Positions 1 through 9,909 of a stretch of 32,000 nucleotides of DNA are shown here, piece by piece. The stretch spans positions 60,001 to 92,000 of the forward strand of contig NW_008806291.1 in assembly GCF_000400465.1 (NCBI RefSeq), written 5' to 3'. The notes under the pieces are model-generated. The model was given only the letters and a program-made list of their open reading frames with translations. It was not told the origin of the DNA and made no database searches. The position numbers and the translations under genes were made by a program. Source of the DNA: Wallemia ichthyophaga EXF-994 (Eukaryota; Fungi; Basidiomycota). How positions within the stretch are numbered: the stretch's first letter is position 1; each line of letters starts with the position of its first letter.

Positions 1-1994
1 GAGTGTGAGGTTCGCATCTATTTCCTTCTCCTCTAACCCCACTGTCTTTGAAATGCAACTGAGGACTTTGTCGAGTGTTGGGGTATCGAGAATATGAACA
101 GCCTCTACAGGCTGCTCTTCAGCAGTGCTAGTAGCACCTACGACATAGCCCTCGCTTATGTGATCCTTCACATATTTAGCGATCGCCTTTCTATCAGCCT
201 TCCCGGCTGTAGAGCGAGGTATATCATCGGCAAACAAGTAAGCTTGTGGACGCATGTGCGCTGGAAGATGTTTTTCTGCACTCTCCGCACATCTCCCTAC
301 CAGCGATGTGGAGTGTGGTGTCACATAAGCGCACAGCTGGCCTTCTGGTTGGATGACGACAGTGTGGACAGAGCGAAGACCGGGAGTGTTGGAAAGAATA
401 GAGTCAATTTCACCCAGCTCAACACGCCTTCCGTTCAGCTTGACTTGCTCCAATCCCATACGACCAAGGTACTCAACGTTGTTCCACTGATTCTTCTCGT
501 CTAGCACAACGCGAGCCTTGTCGCCTGTTCTATACAGCCTGCCGAGACCTTGAACATTAATAAAAGCCTTTTCTGTCTGTTCGGCCATTTTTAAGTATCC
601 TTTCGCCAGCTGAGGTCCGCCAATAGCGAGCTCGCCCGAGAATCCCATTGGCATGACCTTGTTGAGGGTTGGGTGAAGAATGAGCAGAGAAGCTGTATCA
701 ATTGGAGGACCTAGCTTTGCACCTGACTGTTCGGATGGATGTTTACGGAGGGTTACGTTGATCGCTGCTTCGGTCGGTCCGTATGCGTTGTACAGCGAGT
801 TGCCGGGGCGGGTGAAGTTGCTAATCACCCTATCTGACAGCTTCTCACCCATGGTCCACAGCTCAAACCCGTCCGGCAGTTTGTCTGGGTTGAAAAGGCC
901 AGCAATTGAAGGTGTGGCCATCATGTGTGTGCAACGGAGCTTTGACACGACTAACTCGGGGTTGGTGAGAAATTCTGCGCGCGGAGAAGCACATATAGTG
1001 CTTCCAGAGCTGAGAGACATGAAAGTCTCCATGATGGACTGCATTGTGTCAGAGTTGCGGGTGTGTTGATATCAATAGTGAGACTTACAGGATCGAACGT
1101 CGACGGAGCGAATTGGAACCATCTTACCTTATTGTCGAGTGGCCTGACGGCTAAGTGAGATTGTATCGATGCTGCTGCTGCTGAATGCTGTATTTGGACA
1201 CCTTTAGGTTTGCCTGTTGAGCCAGAAGTGAAGAGAACGTATGCAACGTCGTCTGGGGTCGCTTGTTGGGGTGCGTCGACAGCCAAACACTCTCTACTCA
1301 AGTACTCGACCATAAAAGCAGAGACATCGATGTATTGGGTGTCTCGCTTAATCCAAGCATCACGCTCACCCAAGCCGAGTACGACGGATGCATCCAAATC
1401 ATCTAGTAATCCAAGCTGCCTTTCTACAGGCGCTTGTAGATCGAATGGGCTGAATGCATTGGCTGATTTCAGTGCAGCCAAGTACCCAATGTATAGTTCC
1501 AGCGAAGGTGGGAGAAGGAGAGGAACAACAGCACGGGTGCAAGGTATTTGCACAGCCAAAGCACTTGATAAGCTGTCTAGCTGAGCGTAGGTGAGTGTAG
1601 ATCCGTTGAAATCCACAGCGACGCAATCTGCGTGCATCTTGGATTGAGTGATGAAATCTGAGTGAAGTAATTTATCAATCGGAGGTTTGCTTGGTGGGTG
1701 ATTGAGTTTTGAAAGCGGGAGATCATCGTCGTTGTTGATAAAGAAGCGTTTGAGGGTGTGAGCGAGTTCTTGGCTGATACGATGCTTCATGGTAACATGG
1801 CCGTTGTTGATTGTGATGCGGAATAGATAGTCATCGCAGCTCGACTCGTAATCCTCATGCAGCTGGAAATCTTGGTGGGTGAATGGGGACACCTCGACGC
1901 TGCCATCGGCGCAAGAGATTGTACTGCCGTTGTGCTCGTAAGTAAATTCATCATCGCACAGGAATTCTTTCAGTAATGTTTGAAATCTTTCCAT
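1..1994 (-). CDS. Ferrichrome-type siderophore NRPS, 5' part (first A domain and start of T domain); runs off the left edge
   Basis: A-domain motifs LFTSGSTGKPKG, FAPSTFDP|SIMETF (intron 1039-1088, GTAAGT..TGCAG), YNAYGPTE, GELAIGGPQLAKGY, LYRTGD, QVKLNGRRVELGEI, STAGKADRK. The N-terminal PLSKLNHPP..LLH resembles ferrichrome synthetase starts. GATAA cluster upstream. Confidence 0.85.
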
Positions 1995-2032
1995 TTTTTT
2001 GGTGGTTCGGGAGAAGAAAATGATTAGATTGA

Positions 2033-2207
2033 TTATCTCGATAAAGATCTCAGGATAACGATCTCAGGCACCAAAAACTTTATCGGCGAGGAATTTTTAG
2101 GTGAGCAGGTGGATTGAGTGGCACTGACTCTTTCAACACATCTAGCCTTTTAATTGCCGTAGATCGCGATTTTCGCGCTTTCGTCCGAAGATCAGATTGG
2201 GGGATAA
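2033..2207. promoter_or_regulatory. GATAA cluster, candidate sites for an iron-responsive GATA repressor, upstream of the NRPS
   Basis: TTATC 2033-2037, GATAA 2040-2044, GATAA 2054-2058, TTATC 2080-2084, GATAA 2203-2207, and ATCAGATT 2191-2198, all within about 215 bp of the ATG at 1994. Confidence 0.65.
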
Positions 2208-2252
2208 TCAAGTGCATGAGGCGAGCAATAAACAAATTGGTAAGCGCTCTTT

Positions 2253-2661
2253 CTAGATGAGAGCAAGTGGCTTGGACGGTGTCAGCGTTTTTTCTAATAC
2301 ATGCCCAATGCTCACGCTACAAGAGAGTCCGATTAAACCGTCTTCCTCAACACCGTCACCTGTGAGTCACTGTTAGCTGACGTGTACTTCAACAACCCCC
2401 CCTCTTACAGCAGACTGGCGTGTTCTTGCACTCATCCTCAATCGCAATTGCAAGAATTGGGATTTGGAGACACTGTAAAGCAACTTGGTCGAGGATGTTT
2501 CCAAGGGCGAGCAGAGAGTCTTGTTCGCCGGTGCTTTTCTGCGAGTCTTTGGAGGTGTTGCAACAGCTGATTTCACCTGTATTGCAAGAACCGGTTTTTG
2601 ATGTCCACTCACTGGCGACTAAACCGGTAAGGGCGAGAAAGACTGCTGTAGTTTGTATCAT
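2253..2661 (-). CDS. Class I hydrophobin 1 (exons 2661-2409, 2359-2316, 2270-2253)
   Basis: Signal peptide MIQTTAVFLALTGLVAS and 8-Cys pattern C-X6-CC-X29-C-X13-C-X5-CC-X12-C after removing introns 2360-2408 and 2271-2315, which have GCTAAC/GCTGAC branch sites. Confidence 0.92.
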
Positions 2662-2960
2662 TTTGGATGACTGTATAAGATAAAGACTCCTTTGCTCCAT
2701 TCAGCGTTATTTATTTCTCCCATAAACCCCGATTCATTCATTCCTCGGTGGGTCATACGAGCGGGATGGGAAATGAAGCCCAAATAATGTAGATACATTA
2801 CGAATATGCATGGATCATCTCAATTCAACTGCCCGACTCAAGTCAACTACACATAAGAGTCGCGAAGCTCAAATTGATTACAGACACACAAACACGTTAA
2901 CGAAAGCAATATTAAGGTATTAGGTACATCGAAAAACGCTTTACTATTCGTTGTGATCGC

Positions 2961-3370
2961 TTAGATGACGGAGAGCGGAGTGCAGTTAACACCGACGAGG
3001 CCGTCTGACTCCATGTCTTCACAACAGACAGGGGTATTCTTGCACTCATCTGCAGAGTCATGTTAAACTAAAATAGTCGTGAACAAGCTTACTTACCTTC
3101 CACAGCAACTCCAATCAAAAGTGGAACTTGGTCGCAGTTGAGGCCGACTTGGGAGGCGATGTCGCCGGTTGAGATGAGGGCGTCGTTCTTGCCGGTGCTC
3201 TCTTGGGCGTCCTTGTTCAAGGAGCCTTGGCAGTGTGAGATGGTATCAAGCTACATATTCTCATACTTACAACAACTGATAGTGCCAGTGTTACATGAGC
3301 CGGTCTTGGATTCCCAGCCAGCTGAAACAGAGGCGATGAGGGCGGTGGCGAAGACAGTTTGAGCGATCAT
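2961..3370 (-). CDS. Class I hydrophobin 2 (exons 3370-3271, 3225-3097, 3049-2961); not in the ORF track
   Basis: Spliced product MIAQTVFATALIASVSAGWESKTGSCNTGTISCC...NCDQ...ECKNTPVCC...NCTPLSVI*; pattern C-X6-CC-X29-C-X14-C-X5-CC-X12-C; two GTAAGT introns. Confidence 0.93.
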
Positions 3371-3423
3371 TGTGAGTTGAAGTGGAATTGGTGTTGTAGA
3401 ATAAAAGGTTGGACAGCGCTCAC

Positions 3424-3431
3424 TTTTTATA
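3424..3431 (-). promoter_or_regulatory. TATA box of hydrophobin 2
   Basis: TATAAAAA on the minus strand, 54 nt upstream of the ATG at 3370. Confidence 0.55.
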
Positions 3432-3609
3432 CCCCAGCTAAGATACTAAATTAAAGGCGCACTAAAGACGTACTAAAATGTAGATGAAAATTTAGCCGAA
3501 GAATGAATGAAATCAAGGAGGAATGAAGAAAGAATGAAGAAGAGATATGAATAAAGATGTATTTCCGCGCCAGGTATAACAAACGAAGCTGTTGAACCTA
3601 CTTACATTT

Positions 3610-5081
3610 CTACGAACGGTAGCTGGAGTTTTGTTAGTTGATAGGTGAGACAGTCGCAAGCACATCACCCACTCTCCATTAATAGTAACATCTTGCTATA
3701 GTTAGCATGTCTGTAGCTTAGTATATACGTAATACACTCACATTCCTGCATTGTCGACGTTAGCAAGAGCAACAAATACCTAAAGCACACCACTCACATG
3801 AGACAAATCGCAAGTCCAGTACCTAGCCGTCTCCTCACCGATGCACAAATCGATGTGAATATCTAAATCTTCCATCTTGAGCACCTCCGCGGCTCTAGCC
3901 TCATCGACGGTCTCGGGTTCGCCGTTTGTGAGAAGGCGAACATCTGGTGAACCGTCTGTCGGTCTGAATTTCACTGTGACTTTAGAAGGATCGATTGGAG
4001 GATCAGATGACTGCGAGGGTATTCCAGAAAGGGGTGCGTAACCCACGGCGCAGAGGATTCTACCCCAATTAGCGTCTTGGCCGTAAAGGGCAGTTTTCAC
4101 AAGGGAGGAAGTAGCGACGGAGCGCGCAACTTGTCTAGCCAAACTGTATGATGGCGCATTATCGACGTTGACGGCGACGAACTTGGTGGCACCTTCGCCA
4201 TCTCTGACGACGAGCTGTGCGAGATCTATAGCGAAGTCAGTCAGCTGCGTTTGAAACGAGATTAGGTCATCGCCGCTGAGCTTTTCACCGCCCTCGGCTC
4301 CATTAGCGAAAGCGAGGACAGTGTCGTTGGTCGACATGTCCCCGTCTACTGAGATAGAGTTAAACGAGCGGTCAACGACATGATCGAGTGTTTGCTGGAG
4401 GTCTGTGCTGGAGACGGGAGCATCGGTGGCTATTACACCGAGTAGAGTACCGTGTGGTAATCTAGATATTGTGCTAGGTGGACCCATATGCGGATGGATC
4501 ATACCCGCACCTTTATCGATACCAGCCACTCGCACGCTTCTGCCGCTTGGGAGACGCAATAGACTAGCGCGCAGCTTAGGGAAAGTATCAGTGGTCATGA
4601 ATGAGCGTGCTAGATCCATCCAGCTGTGCTCGTCTTCTCTCGTGGCGTGGAAAAGAGGTGCTATGCTACCAGTGATGCGTTTTATAGGAAGCAGTTGTCC
4701 TATAACGCCTGTACTCATAACGAGTGTGCTGTTATCCCGCCCTAGCTGATCATTAACGGCGGTTGTCATCGCCTGTGCATCAATCATCCCCTGCTTCCCC
4801 GTCACCGCATTTGCACAGCCAGAATTCACAATCAGCGCAGAAGCACCGCCAGAGGATCTATGCTGTACCTCGCTCGACCAGACAACCGGCGCCGCTTTGA
4901 AAATATTCTGCGTAAACGATGCGGCCGATACGCAGCCTGCGGAGGATGATTGAAGGATGCCGAGATCGAAAGCGCCGTTCTTCTTTATTCCACAATGGAG
5001 GGCACCGGCTTTAAATGCCCGCGGAAGAGAATCCCGGGAAATTGAATGAATCAACTTTGCTTTGTTTGGTAAATGACTCAT
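3610..5081 (-). CDS. ARG7: Ornithine acetyltransferase (ArgJ family); exons 5081-3798, 3745-3742, 3691-3673, 3622-3610
   Basis: GIKK, NSGCANA, STGVIG, TTDTFPK, DKGAGMIHP, SVDGDMSTND, VRDGEGATK, KTALYGQDANWGRI. Three terminal introns restore the conserved end WTCDLSHEYVTINGDYRS*. Confidence 0.95.
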
Positions 5082-5176
5082 GGAAGTATATATAAAGTAA
5101 ATATGAAACAATTAAATTAAATTATTTTAAGTAAAATTATCATGGAATTCTAATGAGTGTGTTTATAGTGAGTGTT

Positions 5177-6857
5177 TTACTGTGGATACTTGAACGCGTA
5201 TTTTGAGCGCTCTCTCAGTTTGGCTCCGTTGTAGTAGAACCAAAATGGTACAGCGCATAATACTGTAGCTATTGCTGCTAGCAATGTGCAAGCATACTGA
5301 ATTTGCATACCAGTAAACATTTGGTCAACGAACTTTTATCTTTGTTAGTGAAAATCTTCTCTCTATCTATTTTACACTCACCAGTGGGCATACTGCACCA
5401 ACTATTGACCGCGTTATAGTGTTGGCTGCGAGCGCTGATGCTGAGAATGTGACATAAGTCGACGCGAGATAATTAAGGAATGACATGAATATCATCACGA
5501 TTCCGAATCCCAGTGGGATTCCAGCTGCCATTGGTGCTTGCCAAGGGATCGACTCTTTATATCCGGTCCATCCAAGCCACCATAATCCAATAGCAAATGC
5601 GAATGATCCAACGTGTAGTGTTGGCTCTAGACGCATCTCAACTGGTGGTAGCTTCTTTGTCTCCCTAGCCACCCTCTGGTATCGCCTATCATAAAGGATA
5701 ACAACGATGAGGAAGAATCCAATTCCGATTGCAATAGAGATGAATGATAATCCTGAAATACCAACAGAGAAGCCTTGCACGCCTCTGAAAATAAGCGGAA
5801 AGGCTTCAAATGTCATGTAAAGTACTCCATATACGATAGAGATGTAGATTGAACTGAAGATAACGATTGGTTCGGTTACTTGCAAGCGTAGTGGTCTAGT
5901 CAATGACGTCTTCAAAAGCTGTCCAATAGGTGGACGATTCTTCTCTGAAGCGCAGTAGTACCGCATGTCACCAGTTTCCTTACGCAGCTTCTTTGCACGC
6001 CTCTCTATGATAGTTGGGCCATAAGTTTCCGGAAGAAAGAAAATAACAAAACAGAGACAGGTAAATCCAAAGATTAGACACGTGTAGTAGGTCCACTGCC
6101 AGCCTCTCGAGCTACCAACATCACCATACTGCGCTTCGAAACCACCAAGGATTGGACCGAGGACGGGACCGAGGAAGGGTGAACAAGCAAACGTGGCTAA
6201 AGGAATACCAAGCTTGTCGAGAGGCCAAATATCAGTAACGACACCACCGGAATTAGTAAGTGGACTAGCTGCAGCTGTGCCCGTGATGAGTCTGCAAATA
6301 AGCAAACACGTAATGTTCGGAGCGAGTGCGCAACCAATGGTGACAGTAGTGTAAACAAAGAGAGTAATAATGAAAATGGGTTTCCTACCCCAGATTTCAC
6401 TAACCGGCGCCCAGAAAGAAGGACCAACGACGTAACCAAAGAGGAAGAGGGTGATTTGTACTGTAGCAGTTTCCTGGGACACGCCAAACTCCTGCATGAC
6501 GTTTTGCAAGGCTGAGGAAGGGATACTGGAGGCGAGGGTGCTGTTAAGGATGAGGACGGAACTGAGCATGGTGCAATGCCACTTGTACCAAGTCTTCCAG
6601 TTCTTTGGGTTGTCAGGATCACCTGGCGTGAACTCAACAAAGAAAGGATCCTTCTCATCCTTGTTTTGTACAGCAGCCGAGTCATTTACAGCCTTTTCGT
6701 CACCTTTTTCGACGTCCTCCTCACGGCGTTCGATGACAGAAGCGCGTGTGGGAGAGTTGTTTTTAGTGTCTGTCGTGGCTGCAGCGTCTACATTGTCTAC
6801 ATTGTCTGCATTGTCTGCAGGGTTATTCAACAACGTGCCGTGTTCAGAATCTGGCAT
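5177..6857 (-). CDS. MFS drug:H+ antiporter, DHA1 family (intron 5333-5381)
   Basis: DPDNPKNWK, SEIWGRKP, GPVLGPILGG, PETYGPTI, PPVEMRL, SALAANTITRS and multiple hydrophobic helices. Spliced end FVDQMF...GAKLRERSKYAFKYPQ*. Confidence 0.93.
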
Positions 6858-7431
6858 TTGATGCTTGGGCTTGAGGGAACTGGCACGCTTTGAGATATGA
6901 TTTGAGACGCTGTCCGCTAAATTAATATGTGATGAACGTCCAAGGCATTCCTTACTTCAAGCTCGCCTTACGTTTAGGTACATTCTGCGGCGCTGAAAAC
7001 GATGCACGGGAAGCATGTGATCCCGGATATTTAATTTCGCTCACTCCTGATAACGTCGAAGGCCGGCGCTGTACCTCGTTTGAGAAATCAACAAAGTCCA
7101 TCCGGATTTTTGGTTTGCCTGTGACTTTGGCTGTCGCTGTGGCTGAGGCGGTACAAACGTCTTTGCCAGCCTCGGCCAGTGAAAATTTCTGTTGATCGTC
7201 GGCTAAATTAAAATAATATTTCAATTTTTATACAAGCTATTTTAAGTTATAAATTCTGTTTCCTGCACATTCCGCGCACATTCCTCCAATGCCGATGCCG
7301 AACCGGTGTTCCGGGTATGTGATGTTTCATTCGACATTGAACTGCGTATTTCAATCAATTTTAATTTTTTAATTTACACTCTTTCCACTTTATTTGCTAA
7401 TTTTTTTCTTTCCTAGCCTTTCTAGCCCTTC

Positions 7432-8206
7432 TTATCCAGAGAATGGCTGACGGCTAAGCATCGCGCGGCGTGAGGCGACACTTGGTCCCGGGAATGTATA
7501 GCCCGAATCGAGCGAATAAATGTTGTTAAGAGCGATACTTTCTTCAACGTCGGCGTCTGAATATCCAGGCGGGAATGAAATCGTCTCGCCACTCAATCCA
7601 CTTCCACCGCCTGCAATTTCAATAGTGCTGCAGCTAGGATAAAGTTCTTGTGGAATAGATCCGAGGTTATCAATCTCATTTCTAATCAAGTACGTTCCAT
7701 CCGCCGTACTCGTTGGGATTGTTGCTGACACGGGATTCCCATTCGTCAGCTTCTCCTGCTCCCATGTGCCATCGTCATCAGTGATTCCCTTCTCGTCGAT
7801 TTTGTAAAAGTCAATTGAGTTTGGATCACATGAAGACCCTGAGCATTTGCCGAGGTACGTGATAACCGGACCTTTCTGTTTTTCTTTAGTAACTATGTCT
7901 TACTCTTACTAACGCGTTATAACTCACGGTATGTGGCCAGGAAGAACTCCAAGTGAACTCGACTGTGTCCCCAGCAGTAGCAGAAGCAGAGGAGCTAGGT
8001 GCTGTCGCTCCAGGTCCACATGCCAGATCAGCGTTGCCCATATTGTTAGTCGTCGCTGCTGGCCCATTGTTGTCCACTTGCCATACAGGCTCTGTTCCAA
8101 AGTCTTGCCCACCAATTACTAATTTTTCGACCACTCCATGCGCGGTTACAGGCAGCGCGAGTGCGGCGACCAGCGCAGCGACTGAGATTGAAGACTTGTT
8201 GAACAT
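7432..8206 (-). CDS. AA9 (GH61) LPMO-like secreted protein with atypical copper-site residues (intron 7876-7927)
   Basis: Signal peptide then mature N-terminus HGVVEKLVIGG; DLACG, GDTVEFTW, KGPVITYLGKC, DFYKID, GTYLIRNEI, LYPSC, YTFPGP match the AA9 fold pattern. Confidence 0.85.
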
Positions 8207-8286
8207 CTTTTTTCTGTGTGGTGTGTGGGTGTGTGTGGATGAGTTTACGTGGTATTTGATCAACATTTTAACTTTGGAATGCTCCA

Positions 8287-8292
8287 TTTATA
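8287..8292 (-). promoter_or_regulatory. TATA box of the AA9 gene
   Basis: TATAAA on the minus strand, 81 nt upstream of the ATG at 8206. Confidence 0.45.
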
Positions 8293-8578
8293 GCCCACTA
8301 GTCTCCTTCTGCATTTGGCAATTCCTGCTTTCCTATTAGGTAATGGCTGCGACTATGACCTAAATCCGTGGATTGTACCTACGGCATTCAGTTAAGCGCA
8401 GTTAAGTTGCCCGTGGCTGTGCCGTGGTTGATTATAAAATTTTCAACCTCATGCCATGTTTATTAATACAAATTCGCGTGCTTGGGTGCTGCGTGGTGGC
8501 TTTTTTTGATAAATAGTATAAGTTTGTTTTGTTTATTTGTTATATTGTTTTTTTTTTTTTTGCAAGATGAGACTTGTC

Positions 8579-9748
8579 CTACACCTTGGCCACACCTCTC
8601 CGGAGTTTGTTGAGCGAGTTGATGAAACTGGTGCGCGAGTTGGTAGGAGTGGAGTAGGTGGCCTTGGAGTGTGGAGGTGGGCCTTGGTCGAGGTCTTGAG
8701 AGGGTTGATGTGGTGTGTCTGCAACTGTATCAGAAACAGCAACATCAGCACCAGCACTCTCAAAAGCACTCTCAGCAGCACTCTCAGTGGCACTCCCATC
8801 AACACTCTCAGCAACGTCGCCCTTCTGTTGCTGTCTCGCTTCAAACTGAGCCATATGGGATTTGGATATGTGGATAGTGAGTGATGACGGTGGTATGTAT
8901 ATCTTAGACGTCCGCGTGTACTTGTTACCCAGGTCATCTGCTATGACATACAGATAGAGGTCGTCATCATTACGCAGTCCGCCAGAGCGCTTCATGTACC
9001 TCCTCTTGGCACTCTCAGCGACCCTGATAGCTGTTTGCACGGCCGCGGATTCGGGTGCGTGGAGGGTTATGAAAGAGTTCTGGTCAAGCATGGCCATTGT
9101 GTTGCGTACCTGCGCTTCGAAATCGAAATCCGGGGTGATGCTGAGGGTGTTTGAGGAGGGTGTTTGATTGGTGGGAGTAGGTGGAGTAGAGTTAGGCGGT
9201 ATACTTACGACGTCATCGTTGCTGATATCGATAAAAGTGAAAATTGAGCAAAAAAGTACAATTTCAAGCCCGCGTATGTCGTCAATGTCCATGCGGGCTA
9301 TATTGTAGTCTAAAATGGTGAAAGTGGCAGGAGACTTCCTACTGCGAGGAGTGAACTTGGCTATTTCGATGCTGGGATCTGGTTTGCGCATCAGGGAGCA
9401 GTATATCGAACCGAGAAGACCCTTGTGCCATTGTAGGTGGTGTCCCTCGAAACGGGCTGACCACTCAAAACTGATAGTACCCGTGTATTCCAGTTCCACT
9501 TGACTTTCTGGCTGGTAGAGATTTATAGTCTTCTTCTTGGCTGCTGGACCTGTCTCTGTTATTACATCTGCCAGATGAGAATTGCTGAGTGCGTCCTTCA
9601 ACGCAAACGCATACTCGCTGGTACACTTGGCCAGCACTCTAACATAGAGCGCTGTTCCCGATTCATGGGAAATATCCGTGTATTTGAAATTCTTGTCCTC
9701 CACTCCGCTCCTCAGATGCGTCGTGTAGATGCTCTTGCTCCTGCTCAT
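8579..9748 (-). CDS. Hypothetical protein, 389 aa, with a low-complexity C-terminus
   Basis: Long single-exon ORF. Blocks ILDYNIARMDIDDIRGLEIVLF and YIPPSSLTIHISK resemble an uncharacterised basidiomycete family (recalled, not searched). Confidence 0.8.
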   Translation of the reverse strand: MSRSKSIYTTHLRSGVEDKNFKYTDISHESGTALYVRVLAKCTSEYAFALKDALSNSHLADVITETGPAAKKKTINLYQPESQVELEYTGTISFEWSARFEGHHLQWHKGLLGSIYCSLMRKPDPSIEIAKFTPRSRKSPATFTILDYNIARMDIDDIRGLEIVLFCSIFTFIDISNDDVVSIPPNSTPPTPTNQTPSSNTLSITPDFDFEAQVRNTMAMLDQNSFITLHAPESAAVQTAIRVAESAKRRYMKRSGGLRNDDDLYLYVIADDLGNKYTRTSKIYIPPSSLTIHISKSHMAQFEARQQQKGDVAESVDGSATESAAESAFESAGADVAVSDTVADTPHQPSQDLDQGPPPHSKATYSTPTNSRTSFINSLNKLRRGVAKV

Positions 9749-9909
9749 CGTCGATCGAGTTGAAGGGGCGCTGTGCGGTGCCGAGTGATGCTGTGCAGTG
9801 GGGAAACAATTTCATTTTAAATTATAATTCCTGGTTTTTGTTTGTGTTGCTGCTGCTTACCGCTGGCTGCTACTGCTGTATCTACAACTCCTTCTCATCC
9901 CAAACCACC

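Noticed and set aside
94-1584. Plus-strand ORFs 94-504, 680-1069 and 1210-1584
   Set aside because: Antisense shadows of the NRPS with no recognisable motifs.
4380-4520. Insertion GPPSTISRLPH before the catalytic Thr of Arg7
   Set aside because: The Thr nucleophile is retained (GTLL), and similar inserts appear usual in basidiomycete Arg7 as far as I recall.
6785-6820. 9-nt tandem repeat encoding DNADNVDNVD in the MFS
   Set aside because: Ordinary slippage in a disordered N-terminus.
6929-7224. Overlapping short ORFs on both strands upstream of the MFS
   Set aside because: No homology cues or ATG-supported structure; more simply the MFS promoter or 5' region.
7285-7340. GC-rich stretch resembling a tRNA T-arm
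   Set aside because: No cloverleaf and no A/B boxes.
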